The notes: generated from the letters alone by a model not told the origin. A DNA stretch of 64,000 nt from Macrostomum lignano (GCA_002269645.1 NIVC01000415.1:310001-374000); one strand, 5' to 3'. Shown: positions 1 to 20,689, numbered from the stretch's first letter. A program made the numbers and translations.

Positions 1-34
1 AAGATCTACGAGTACTCTGAATTTTGCCTCCCAC

Positions 35-5581
<5,547 letters not shown>

Positions 5582-5699
5582 GGTTCAACTAGAGTAATTT
5601 GGATTGGAAAACCCTGCCACCAGTTAACACTGCAGCTCCAATAGCTAGCTAATTCGTTAACCACAACGTCAAAGCGTCTCCTCTGGTCGAAAATTTAAG

Positions 5700-5810
5700 C
5701 ATAATTTTTCTGTTTGCTATTTGGCTACCGGTGTAAATATTGCATGTTTAGACTGGCTGCCTGGGAGGGGCGGTTGGTATGGTAATTTGCACTTCACTCC
5801 TATTGGCTGG
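5700..5810 (-). promoter_or_regulatory. Possible proximal promoter of the IF gene (GC box, CCAAT box)
   Basis: GGGGCGG at 5767-5773 and ATTGG (CCAAT on minus) at 5802-5806, 190-225 bp upstream of the ATG. Motif presence only. Confidence 0.3.
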
Positions 5811-5896
5811 CGAGGGCAGCGAGAGGTCCTTGCTCTTCCAAGAGACAGACGACTGAGCGATAAGTTAATTAAAATCGCATAAAAATTAATGATTTA

Positions 5897-7010
5897 GTGG
5901 CGATTGTCAGGGTGGTGTATGGGCGATTGTCAGGGTGGTTTATGGGCGATTGTCAGGGTGGTGTATGGGCGATTGTCAGGGTGGTGTATGGGCGATTGTC
6001 AGGGTGGTGTATGGGCGATTGTCAGGGTGGTTTATGGGCGATTGTCAGGGTGGTGTATGGGCGATTGTCATGGTGGTGTATGGGCGATTGTCAGGGTGGT
6101 GTATGGGCGATTGTCAGGGTGGTTTATGGGCGATTGTCAGGGTAATTTATGGGCGATTGTCAGGGTGGTGTATGGGCGATTGTCAGGGTGGTGTATGGGC
6201 GATTGTCAGGGTGGTGTATGGGCGATTGTCAGGGTGGTGTATGGGCGATTGTCAGGGTGGTGTATGGGCGATTGTCAGGGTGGTGTGTGGGCGATTGTCA
6301 GGGTGGTGTATGGGCGATTGTCAGGGTAATTTATGGGCGATTGTCAGGATGGTTTAGGGGCGATTGTCAGGGTGGTTTATGGGCGATTGTCAGGATGGTT
6401 TAGGGGCGATTGTCAGGGTGGTTTATGGGCGATTCTCAGGATGGTTTAGGGGCGATTCTCAGGATGGTTTATGGGCGATTGTCAGGGTGGTTTATGGGCG
6501 ATTGTCAGGATGGTTTAGGGGCGATTGTCAGGGTGGTTTATGGGCGATGTCAGGGTGGTGTATGGGCGATTGTCATGGTGGTGTATGGGCGATGTCAGGG
6601 TGGTGTATGGGCGATTGTCATGGTGGTGTATGGGCGATGTCAGGGTGGTGTATGGGCGATTGTCAGGGTGGTTTATGGGCGATTGTCAGGGTGGTATATA
6701 GGCGACCATTGGGGTGGTTTGGGGGCGATTTTCGGAGTGATTTAGGGGTGATCTCAGAATGATTGAGAGGCGATTCTCACGGTGACTTAGGGGTGATTCT
6801 CAGGGTGATTCAGGGGCGATTCTCAGGGGGATTTGGATGCGATTCTCAGGGTGATTTAGGGGCGATTCTCAGGGTGATTTAGGAGCGATTCTTAGGGTGA
6901 TTTAGGTGCGATTCTCAGGGTCATTTAGGGGCGATTCTCAGGGTGAGTTGGATGCGATTCTCAGGGTGATTTAGGGGCGATTCTCAGGGTGATTTAGGGG
7001 CATATTTTAG
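5897..7010. repeat. 23-bp G-rich minisatellite, ~48 copies, with sequence gradient
   Basis: Unit GGTGGTGTATGGGCGATTGTCAG drifting to GGTGATTTAGGGGCGATTCTCAG toward the right end. Confidence 0.95.
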
Positions 7011-7409
7011 TTTCTTAGGGCTGTTATAGCAGCGATATAAAATGGGCCGCAAGTGATTTTTCCAGCAGTTTAATGAGTGATTCTGAAGCTTTTTAGTTTC
7101 CTAGTTAGAAAATCTGAAAATGGACCATCAGCAGACTAGAGACGATACACTCTATTCAAAGCCGGAAATTCGCTTGCATAACATTAACAGCGATGAGGGT
7201 AAGTGCATTAATTCGTTGTCAATGAAACGTACTTCCCTTAAGCCAGGCGCGTCTCACAATGTATAAATTACAGTGTAGTAAAATGCACAGAATACTTCAA
7301 ACGCAGTGCCTCGCCTTTACATGTGCCGGACTGCCTGAACCTTCACATCGTGCCTAAATTGTTTTTAAGTTGTGGGCTAGCAAAAGTGAGTAGGAATTCT
7401 TAGGTTAAT

Positions 7410-8045
7410 TCATAGGGTGGTTTAGGCTAATAATTAGGATGGTTTAGGGTAATAATTAGGGTGGTTTAGGGTAATAATTAGGATGGTTTAGGGTAATAAT
7501 TAGGGTGGTTTAGGGTAATAATTAGGGTGGTTTAGGGTAATAATTAGGGTGGTTTAGGGTAATAATTAGGGTGGTTTAGGGTAATAATTAGGGTTGGTTT
7601 AGGGTAATAATTAGGGTGGTTTAGGGTAATAATTAGGGTGGTTTAGGGTAATAATTAGGGTGGTTTAGGGTAATAATTAGGGTGGTTTAGGGTAATAATT
7701 AGGGTGGTTTAGGGTAATAATTAGGGTTGGTTTAGGGTAATAATTAGGGTGGTTTAGGGTAATAATTAGGGTGGTTTAGGGTAATTGTTAGGGTGGTTTA
7801 GGGTAATAATTAGGGTGGTTTAGGGTAATAATTAGGGTGGTTTAGGCTAATAATAAGGGTGGTTTAGGGTAATAATTAGGGTGGTTTAGGGTAATAATTA
7901 GGGTGGTTTAGGCTAATAATAAGGGTGGTTTAGGGTAATAATTAGGGTGGTTTAGGGTAATAATTAGGGTGGTTTAGGCTAATAGTTAGGGTGGTTTAGG
8001 CTAATAGTTAGGGTGGTTTAGGCTAATAATTAGGGTGGTTTAGGG
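7410..8045. repeat. 22-bp minisatellite with two TTAGGG per unit, ~29 copies
   Basis: Unit TAGGGTGGTTTAGGGTAATAAT. Confidence 0.95.
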
Positions 8046-9459
8046 TAATTCTAAGAGGGTTTAGGGCGATTCTTTAAGAGAATTTAGGGCGATTTTAAAC
8101 AGTTTGAGGCTCCTTGCAATTTTGATAAATTAACGTTGGTTTGTAATAAAAAAGCAGTTTAAAATAACAAAGAAATAGGACACGAAAAAGCCAATCAAAA
8201 CATATATCTAGCTTAATACTAATTGACACTCACGTCAAACTGTTTCATATTTTTGGGGGGGAGGGGTCAGCATTTACGAGACTATAATTGTGTCACAGTA
8301 TAAATAATATTTTTTAGTAATATTAAATAATTTTTATTATAATTATAAAAAAGATGTTTTGCAACGCCATTCAAGCGTGCAGATTGAACAGGCTTATTTT
8401 AGTAAGCGAAAAAGCTTCGTACATGTCACATGTATATAATATAGAAAATCATAATTATATAAATAATATATACTAATCAGACACATGCAACAGAGAGCCA
8501 TAGCAAGCAGGTAACTAATAATAATTCATAATTATCGAACAAAAAAGCGAACACAGAATCAAGTCAGGGAGTTGATGGGCAGGTTGACAACAAAACTAGA
8601 ACTAATCAAGGGCATTGTGAATTCTTGCCTGCTTATATCCGGGACACAAGATATCGAAACTTATGCAATGGACAATTATTTTGTGACTTATTGACAATTG
8701 TAAATAGTTAGCTAAAATAGAAGCAGATCTAAAAGCAAAACAACACTGCCATATTGGCATAAATTGTTTCATGATTTTTTATCAAATCTTGAAAATATTG
8801 AACCAACTTGCTACTAATAGTAGCTCTATAGGCTTAATACACAGATACTATAACATAACTTAATGAATGTGTTATTAGCAAAAATTCGCTCATCTACTCT
8901 TTTTATTCAGTAGCAAATTCGCGTTTTTGCCTTTATCTTAGTAAAATAAAAGACTTAAGTTTACAAAATACTTCTCGAAGTCTGTCAAGTAAAATTTAGC
9001 TGCTGTTATATTAAATTTAAGTGACAATGCGCTGACAAGCTACTGAAAAGAGTATCTGTGTCATAAAATAGTAAATTATTTTGAACGATTTTGAAAACAA
9101 AAACAAAAATAACTGGGATCAGAAGCTGTTATTTATTATTTGTAGATTTTCTAGATTATATTAATTCATGGCAGGTAACAGCACTACTAACATCTTTAAT
9201 ACATAATGCATATTGTTATTATAAATAGTACATACTCCGCTGGATAACTGAAAAGACACGCACGCAGAGAGACACACAAAAAACCGAAGCAAAAAAGTTG
9301 TTTTGCAGATTAGTTTTGGAGGGTTTGAGTTCAATAAATATAGATTTATAAATATTAGCAGTTTTATTTTTAAAAAAACAGTGCTTTGCAATCATATAAT
9401 ATACAACCACCCGAACCCTTGCACTGATGCGAGATTCCTCTTCATTCAAGACCGCCAGC

Positions 9460-11687
<2,228 letters not shown>

Positions 11688-14336
11688 TTAATTAGTTGTT
11701 TAAATTAAACTAATAATTTTTTTTAATTGCCTTGTCTGAATATGCTAGTGAAAAACATGCAATAAATTTAATTTTATTTATGAAAAAGCTGAGGTTACTT
11801 AAAAGTTCAAGATTGAGACCAATTCAAGAATAATAATAAGCCAAATTTTAAAAAGTGTAACAAGGTTATTATGCCTAATGTTATTTTATTTATTATTATA
11901 TAGATTAATCATTTAGATAAAGACTGAAGCCTTTGGTGATAGCTGTTTTGATAATAAACAAAAAATTCTTTTGTTACTGTTTATTATTATTTATTAATAA
12001 AACTCAAAGGCTTTAGTTTTTTATCTTAAGCACTATGATCCTTTTGCTAAAATTTTCAGCTAATATTTTGATTAACTTTTTAGTTAACTAATTTCTATGC
12101 CTAAAGTCATTTTAGCATTTTTATGCCTTATCTTTTTATTTATAATAAATAATAAATATAATACAGCTAAAATAGCCAAAACCTTTGCAACAATGCTTAA
12201 AAAGTCAGTCTTAGGCCTAAACTGCATGTGGGGCAATAGAAAACATTTTCCTATTTTTGCACTTGAAATAATACTATTAACTTTTACTCTAGTAGTAAAT
12301 ATAATTTAGCATATTATATTTGTTTTTTAACTAGGAGCAACAAAGTTAATATGTTAAAAAAGCAAAAAATAATGAAAACTTGTCAAAATTTCAAATATAG
12401 CTTAATATAATAAAATATAAGTTAATTACTGAAAAAAAAATTATTGTTGACTTCAAACTTTGACATTTTATGCTAGAACTTAGATAATTTTTTTTAATAT
12501 TTAAAATATAAAAAATACCTTTTTGTAAGTGTCACAGTTTTTTGCAATTATTTTTAAGAATATAATAGTTTGGTATTATCTTTAAAATTGCAATTAAAGC
12601 CAAAAAAATTATAATTTTTTCTTAATAACTGAATAACTAGCATTTATGCTTTTTGAATACATATAGAAAAGTCATAGGATCCTAATTGAAATTTTTACAA
12701 TTAGCAATGTCTATATTTAGTTATTTAAGATCATTTTAAATACATGCTTATGTTAAATTATGCCAAATTTATGCCAGAACAAAATGTATATACTATATGT
12801 CAAACCAATTGTATACCCTTTAAAAATGTTGGCATGAATAATATCTTAAAGGGTATTATGATTCTATATCATCCTAAGGCCACTGTCAATGTGTCCAATG
12901 TGTACTAGAGTTTTTTGGGCAAAAATTTAGGCATATACCAAGTATGCCAAAATAGGAAATATGACTGTTATGCATACACATGCCAAAAATTTCAAATTAT
13001 GAGATCTTACTTTTGCATTGCAATAATAAAAGACCCTTTTGTTGTTATAGTGACAATGACATTTATATGTACATTATAACAAAATAAATGTTGTCTATTA
13101 TTTCTTAATAAGAATATGCAATTATACAAAGTTCTATTACTTAAATTCCTTGAAATAGTACTATCATATTCAATTAACTTTTTTGCACTTTAACTGTCTT
13201 TTAACACATTAACTGCCTACTTTTTTTAATTTGAAATGTTCTACTTTTGTTATCCTATAGAAACTGATAGATACATAGTGTTCCATTGTAGCTATAGTTA
13301 CAGCTATGGGATCCTATGGCAAATATGGTAAAATAGGTGCCTATGGCAGTTATAGATACGCCTATGGTAGCTAGCTGCTTTTATGGCTACGACTACAGAA
13401 ATATGGTAGTTGTTGTCACATTCTGTAGATTCTCATAGCCATAGTTATTTATATTGAAAAATTGAAAAAATATTAGAAACAAGTAGAGTAAAACAAAGAT
13501 ACTTTTAGTAAATCGTATTATCAACTTAGAAACTTTTAAAATATACCTAAAAAAGTACAATAAAACACTAGCAAATTTTAATTTTTTAGTGTTTAAACAA
13601 AAGTGTCAACAAGGGCAATTGGGTGATTCTTTTATTTTCTAATTTTATTTGTAGTTGTTTAAGCACTAGGTTATCTTCTTGATTCAAAATATTTTGTTTT
13701 CTATACTTTTGTTAAAACTATGGCTATGGGAACTACGGGAATATGGTAATATTGGGGTCCTTACGGCTACAGAATATGGAGAATTGGAATAAGCCATAGT
13801 TTTGCTTATGGCTATGGCTACAGTACATAGACCCTCCTTACAGCAAAACACTAGATACTTACAAAAAAGATACAAATATAACTTTTGAAGATTCAAGCAT
13901 GCCAAATATATATGCTAGTAAATTATAAAGGGCTAATGTATGCCAGAAAATTTTAGTAAATAGTATAGGACAACTTCCTGACTATGACCTTTAGGCAGTC
14001 AAATTAAAAGATAGGCCTTAAAAAATATTAAAATAAAACATACAATGCAAATGCATTACAATAATAAAAAAGCATAAATAATTCAAGCTACTCTTTTATT
14101 ATACTACTTTATATGATCAACTAGGCCTAGTAGTAATAATAGTAATATCTACTAAGTAGTAAGTAGTAGGGCCCCCTAGTAATAGCCAAATCTATAAAGA
14201 ATTAATTTATAAAAAAATATTTGGTATTTTATCAAAAATATGAAATTGAAAGGGTCTATTGTTATTGATGCCATGCAGTAAAAATTAGCAAAAATTACAG
14301 CTATCTTATATTAGTTATAATCATATTCATACATGC

Positions 14337-14495
14337 GCAACCTTGGGAATCACCTGGCTGTTTCTAATGGCAACAGACATATGTAAGTTGCTATTGACTA
14401 AGACTTAAGAGCAGTCACGTGATTACTATTCCATCCAATAGCAACTTACATGTGTGTGTTTCCAATAGAAACAGCCCAATGAATCCCTAGGTTGC
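14337..14495. mobile_element. MITE-like hairpin (60-bp inverted arms)
   Basis: Arms 14337-14396 and 14436-14495 are reverse complements at roughly 80-85% identity (GCAACCTTGGGAATCAC...GTAAGTTGCTATTG). Confidence 0.55.
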
Positions 14496-14765
14496 ATCCA
14501 AGCATGGTTATAATTCTTTTAAGAAAGTTGATCAACCTTTAAATAGTGGTTAACACTATTGCTAACTATCAATACTTTAATTAAAATATTACTTTTAAGC
14601 AGCTATTATTGTTATAGTAATTTGTAATCATATCAAAAAGCATAATTAGTTATTTTTTAAACAACACAAAAAACAAATAGGCCTACTATCTAAATTACAT
14701 ACCAAAGTTGCAATGCAAATAATAAGAGACTACTAAATTTGAAAGATTTTGCCTTTGACACCTTT

Positions 14766-15353
14766 GATGACCTGAGGCGTTGCCGTGGACTTGCTTGGGC
14801 AACCTTCAACTCTATGAGGACCATCCTGCACTCTGCAGCCCTGCCAGACTACCAGCGCTTGGCATTCTTCCAGCCCCAGGCGGTGATTGAGACTGTCCTG
14901 CTCTACAACGCTGAAACATGTACGCTGACAGAGATGCTTGAGCAACAGGTTGAAGCGGCGCACACCAGCTTGCTGCGGGCCAACTTCAAGATCAGCGGTG
15001 GCGAGCATGTCGTCACCAACGCAGCGCTATACACCCAAGCTCGCCTGGCCTACCCCAACAATCTGCTTTGCCACTGGCAGCTCCAGCTGGCAGGCCACTT
15101 CATCCATGCTGAGGCATACTGCCCCAAGCTGGCGCAGGAGACGCTGCTGCTTGCGCTCTCGGCGCCCTTCTGGCAGGGGCAGGCACGCACTTGGCGGTAT
15201 CTGGACTGCCTGCTGGCCAATGCTGGCGCCCCCAACCAGGCTGGTGGACCAGCCTTTCTCCACTCCTGTGCTCTGAGGCGCGACCTGTGACGCCCAAGGC
15301 CAACATCGACCCTGGGGCGTAGCTTGTTGTTGTTGTTGTTAACTTGTTGTTGT
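14766..15353 (+). mobile_element. 5'-truncated, degenerate RTE-type non-LTR retrotransposon (post-RT 3' region)
   Basis: DLRRCRGLAWATF...AVIETVLLYNAETCTL...N.ALY...LQLAGHFIH matches the region downstream of RT in RTE-like LINEs. Ends in a (TTG)n tail and is a GC-rich island in AT-rich DNA. Confidence 0.8.
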
Positions 15354-16450
15354 AAATTTGAAAAATAATACAGGCCCCTTCTAAAGAAATTTGTTATTAG
15401 GCCCTACTGTTAGAAATGTTTATACAATGGTAAATTCTAGTGGTTCTTGTCACCGAATTTAGCTAGCTTAGGCTTAACAAAATGACTCTAAAATAGCTGT
15501 TTTATGGTGACCATAAAAACAATCGAACAGCATATTATAGGTCCGCTGTTACATAGTTTGGCAGATGTATTTAACTCAAAATCCCAATGTTATGCGATCA
15601 GGCGCCTAAAAAATCCTTGGCTCTTAGCTATTCCTTATTCTTGTCCGACCTGACAGTCTGAAACGCACTAGGTGTGCGCCGCGGCACCGCCTCGCTAGGG
15701 CCTAGGGCAGCCGGCCGGCACTGCCGTACTGCCGCACTGGTCTAGTTACCTAGCTAGTTATATTATTATATATGCATGTGCATATACATAATAAAATTAT
15801 TTTAGATGTTTAAAACATGTAGAATACGCGCAAATAATTTCATCTATACCTCTCTGGTCACTACTACACCCAGTCTCGCTCCACGATTTGTGAGCAAAGT
15901 TGTTTGATTTCGAGGAACTTGAAATCTCTGCCTCTATTTTCCATAACTTGAAAAGGTGCGCACGATCTTTTGTAGCAGTATAGCAAATTGAATTTATTAG
16001 CAAGACACAAAATTATTAGGGGTCTACTTAAACAAATAAAAAACTTTTTTAATCTTAATATAAAACTTCTTTTAAAGCTTCAGTAGTCTTTTTAGCAAAG
16101 ACTTTGGTTTTCTTGTGACTCATTTTGATAAAAAAACTTATTTGGCATGCAGTTTCGGAATGCGTTGGTAATCAGGCGAAACTATATTTGGAATTTTGAT
16201 TGCAAAAACTATCATTATATAATTGTCCTTATATAATTATATAATGATAGTTTTATATGATATATAAATTATAATGTATATAATATAATATATATGTCCT
16301 GAGTAAAGGCAGAGATCGATGCCTGGCAAAACAGCTATGACCCCAGAGGGCCATGGTCACCGCTCTAATGTCCCTGCGGTTGAGTCCAAGCCTTGCGGAG
16401 GGCGGGGGAAGGACAGCCGCGTGGGATTGCCTGCAGTCGGGGGTTTTAGC

Positions 16451-16537
16451 CACCTCTCCCTAGCCTATCACGCCCAGACAAATGGCCGATGTGAACGCCT
16501 GAAGCAGATCAGAGCTATGTTGTGGCGGCTCTGCTAA
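16451..16537 (+). mobile_element. LTR-retrotransposon (Ty3/gypsy-like) integrase relic
   Basis: HLSLAYHAQTNGRCERLKQIRAML resembles the integrase core motif TTAYHPQTNGxxERxxxTLKxML. Very short. Confidence 0.5.
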
Positions 16538-17350
16538 AGAAACAAAATAATGGACGAGCAAAATATTTTACCCATTTGTGTTAAAAAGGTGCGAAATATT
16601 AGAATTTATTCAAGCATACATGTATGGTATTTTTAAGTTTTGAAGAGTTATAGTCCAGAGGGCAAGTCAAAGGGGCGTACATGAATTCGAATAGAGGAAT
16701 GCAGCCTCTCAGAGCAAAAATCCAGAGTGTGCCTCCAATCCTAAAACACCTGCATGAAGTTGTTGGTTTGCGCGGTTCCTAGCCAATTGTATGTTTAGGT
16801 TTAGCTTGAGAGCATTAATGCGCATACAGGCCTCTTAAATATGGTAAATTTAAAACGAGTCAATTTGACTTTGAACAGTACAAGTAGCTCTTATATTATA
16901 GCGTATCATACTGTAACGCGTGGTACTGAACAGCAGAGTTCTTAACTCCAATGGTCCTTATAGTTTTTTTGACATTAGCTAAGTCCACAGAGCAAATAAA
17001 TTGGCACACGAAACCCTCAACGACAGGTGCATGGCCTTGGGAAACGAGATTTCAGTCTGCTGATGAATCGGTAAGTCTTTTCTGCGTGAAAAAAACGACT
17101 TTAATGTTAGAGTCAAACAATTTCCCGGAAATCTGCTTCTTTTTTAACATCAAGGACCGAGTCCCAAAAATCGTTTTGAACCACCCTATTGTGACAAATA
17201 TGACCGAGGGGTAAGAGTTTGGTACTGCAACATGTAAATTTTATTACATTGCAGAGACATTGTGGTGTTTATACGCCTTGAGTAACGTAGTTTAAACTTC
17301 GTGGCTTAATCTTTTTACATGCACAGTGCATGAAGCTCTCGTATTTGTCG

Positions 17351-19612
17351 TTACACTTCAATGAACATCTGAGCGGCAGTCGGATAGAGCCAGCCAGAGT
17401 CAAGTTTAATCCAAAGCTTCTCCCAGATGTCGCTAACAGTCGGGTCGCCGTTGAGAAACAGCAACAGCGTGTCGCAGTTGCCAATCCACCAGCCAACATT
17501 GCCAAGCTGACTGGATGAGCAGGCATCGTTCGAACTGTCTCTGTCGTACGTTGAAAATGGAAAGCCTTTAACCGAAGCCAACAGATCGACAGTTGATCCA
17601 TTGTTCAGTAGCATAGCGGTGTAGTTCAGAGCGTACCGTTTGGTAGGGGACGAAATTGAGAAGTCGGAATAAATCAGCACTTGCTTCACAGTTTCGCTTA
17701 TTTCAATTCTGAGATTCTTTCCATGTGAATAAGTTAGCGAGTGCAGAGCTGACAGGCCTGAAAGGTAATGTGAAGGATTGTTGCATATCAACTGCATTAT
17801 CCTGGTTTTCCAGTACCACCGATGCTTTTTCGGATTTTTCGGGTTTTTTGTATGTCGCTCGTATTTTCTGTACGTTGTTCAATACTGATAAAATTTGTAT
17901 CGCAATTTACTACCAACCACAAGTCCTACAGACAGATTTTTTGTTAAAGTCAATGCAGAAAGTCAATTTATTCGTTATTTACAGAATAGCTCGTAAATGT
18001 AAGCTCTACTTTCCGTCATGGTGGTCTGTCTTTGTGCCTGTCTTATTGCATCTTGGTTGTCTGTACAAGTATTAGCTAGTATTTCAAAATGTCTTGGTAG
18101 CTGTCCTTGTCTTGACTCTTACCAATCCAGTAGTCTGAACTGCAGTTGCCGAAGCCCGTCTCGTACGCAGTCCAATTCCTAGCAAAGCTGAGACTGCCAC
18201 TCGCCCTGCGCTGCGCCAGTACATAGTTTCGTCCATCGATTGACACTTGGCAGAGAGTACGGCCTTTGGTTTTTCGGGAAATTGAAACGTCAATGGAGAC
18301 GACGAGCAACTATCTTTTTTGTATTGTTGTAACCACAGTCTGGGCGCAGAAAGGCCATATTTCATTTTTTCGATTCGAGTTTTAAGCTCTGAAGGGAAGC
18401 TGAGATATCAAGGCTGACGGGGGAAATGGCTAAGATATCAAGGCTGAGAGATCAGAAGCTGCATTTAGTCTATTCCATTCTTTGTGGGCGCTGATTGCTT
18501 GTTTTGCGCTAAACTCCGTTACCATGAGCATCCCATACACCGCTTCCTTATTACAAGCAAGTAGGCGTCATATCTACTTTTAGCCTCAGGTACATGACGC
18601 CAGATAGTCGGGGACGAATCTGAATCTGACTTTGCTATAAAAACTACCGTAAGGGATGGTGTTGAGCACGTCTGGACACCCTATACAAACAAGGGGTTTG
18701 TGACTAAAATCTCGATCCCCATCCTGATCCCCATCCTGATCCAATTCTGATCTTCACCCTGATCCAAATCCTGATCCCCATCCTGATCCATTCCTGATCT
18801 TCACCCTTATCCCCATCCTGATCCCTCTCTGATCCTCATCCTGATCCCATCACCTATTCTAGCTGATCTCCATACTGATCCCCATCCTAATGGACCATTC
18901 TGATCGCCATCCTGATCTCCAATCTGATCCCCATCCTGATCCTCACCCTGATCCAAATCCTGATCCCCATCCTGATCCTCATCCTGATCCTCATCCTGAT
19001 CCTCATCCTGATCCCTATCCTGATCTCCATCCTTATCCCCATCCTCATCCCCATCCCGATCCCCATCCTGATCTTCCTCCTGATCCCTATCCTGATCACA
19101 TCTATTGCATTATTCTCATCGCTCCCTGATTGTCATCTTTCACTCCTTCCTGATTCACAAAACTTGGTCATCAGTCACACTGATTTGTGTCCTCCACAAT
19201 ATTGTTAAATACGATAACTTAATCGACCATAATTTTGTGAATAAACTTATAGTAAAATATCAAGCTGGATTATTGAATGCATATCAGTCTTACCTGGCAT
19301 AATTTTTCGGTACAGAGTGGAGCCATTCTTCAGAACACAGTCAGTATAATTAGACAAAAGGCAAAGCCGATGTCTATCAGAGAAACTAAACGACTTGCAA
19401 TCCACTCTACGAGAGCACAGCATCACGCAGTGCCCTACGGACTCAATGTTAAAATACGACTTATTGTCGCTCAGACAAAACCTTGGTGATTGAACCGGTT
19501 CAAAGCGAAGCCTATTGCCTGCTGTACCATTCGTGCAGCTGTCTTCAGACTGGCACTGGGACACGCCGAGCGTCAAAGCTGTCACAAATACGAGGCAGGC
19601 AAGGCGAGTCAT
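17351..19612 (-). CDS. Secreted PAN/apple + fibrinogen-related domain (FReD) protein; apparent 1-nt frameshift in exon 2
   Basis: Exon 19612-19294: signal peptide MTRLACLVFVTALTLGVSQC plus PAN-like C..HCVMLCSRRVDCKSFSFS..RLCLL. Exon 18388-18123: TLCQVSIDGRNYVLAQRR..GSLSF.RNW..YETGFG...YWIG. Exon 17757-17351: LSALHSLT...FSTYDRD..C...GWWIGNC. Exon 2 is 266 nt and needs +1 nt to keep frame. Confidence 0.75.
18712..19100 (+). repeat. 12-bp minisatellite (ATCCCCATCCTG)n
   Basis: Degenerate 12-mer array in the PAN-FReD intron; same family at 19955 (reverse) and 22048. Confidence 0.9.
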
Positions 19613-19954
19613 GGCTGCCGGAATGTTTAAAAAATTATTGTGACAACGAAGCTAAAGTTGGCTTGATCGAGCAGAGTTATAAAGATAGCAGAGGAGTCTT
19701 TATTGGCTCCCAGTCGTGACAAATCGGAGAGTTCATGGCCTGAGTTTTCTGTCCACGAAGCTACGTTTGAGAAGCAAACTATCTCGTATTTCAGTTTCAG
19801 TTTCAGGCAGTTTCAGGCTAGGATAGTTTAGGATATAAAATTGGAATCGAATTAAGCTACAGCTGCTAGCTAGGGATTAACTGTTACTAGGAGGGATGTA
19901 ATTGATCACTTGCTGTGGAACTTGCTTGATTTGGATGGACAGAAGAGTTGAGAT

Positions 19955-20130
19955 CGGTATGGGGATCAGGGTAAGTAATCAAGGTACGTACATGTAAGGG
20001 ATCATTATGGAGATTAGGATGGGGATTGGGATGGGGATCAGGATGGAGATCAGTATGGGGAGCAGGATGGGGATTAGGATAGGGATCAGGGTAAGGGATC
20101 AGGATAGGTATCGGGGTTTGGATCAGGCTA
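19955..20130 (-). repeat. 12-bp minisatellite, reverse orientation
   Basis: ATGGGGATCAGG units, the reverse complement of the 18712 array unit. Confidence 0.8.
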
Positions 20131-20689
20131 GATGCATGTAGAGGCCACGGGATGGAGATCAGATTTGGCCAGCCAAATCTCTTGGTGATTCTTGGTAGGG
20201 AATTGTCCAGAGAAACAAAAAATAAATGAATTTTTTATGAACCATTGTACCCGGATGGGCGTATACTCCTGGATAAAAACTTTTTGGCGAAATTTGATAT
20301 TGGTTTGACATATTTGTTAGAATAGGGTAACTCTGCACAAGCCTGCATCCGATCAGGGACTCTGCATCCTGCATATTCATATTGCACATGTGTCGCAGTA
20401 CGGTGGATGGTTTAGGATAAGACTAGCAATCCTACCCCTCGTTGGAGAGATATCAAAAAAGAATAAAATTTTAATAAACTGCATGTGTAGCATTTGACTT
20501 TGTACAGCAGCCATTGTTAGTCTCCCAAGGAAGTTTATGTTTGAAGCAAAATGCATCAGTTCTGATCTAGCCTAAGATATCAGCATCCCCTTTGAACTTT
20601 GGCATCAAAGCCTCCCTTTTAAACCATGGCTTAGCCCTAACTCTCTCTTTGATACCTGGCCTACCAAAAACTCCCAATTGACCTTTGGC

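Noticed and set aside
5897-6762. Long ORFs (VYGRLSGWCMGDCQGG repeats)
   Set aside because: Translations of a 23-bp minisatellite that is open in several frames.
7410-8045. True telomere or chromosome end
   Set aside because: TTAGGG occurs only inside a 22-bp unit, and unique sequence and genes lie on both sides.
16205-16254. Perfect 20-bp hairpin (AAAACTATCATTATATAATT)
   Set aside because: Lies in an AT/TA low-complexity patch where palindromes arise easily; no other support.
20200-20325. Kinase-like words IVQRNKK and RILLDKNFLAKFDIGL
   Set aside because: They are in different frames, wrongly spaced for subdomains VIb-VII, bounded by stops and lack splice sites; probably chance.
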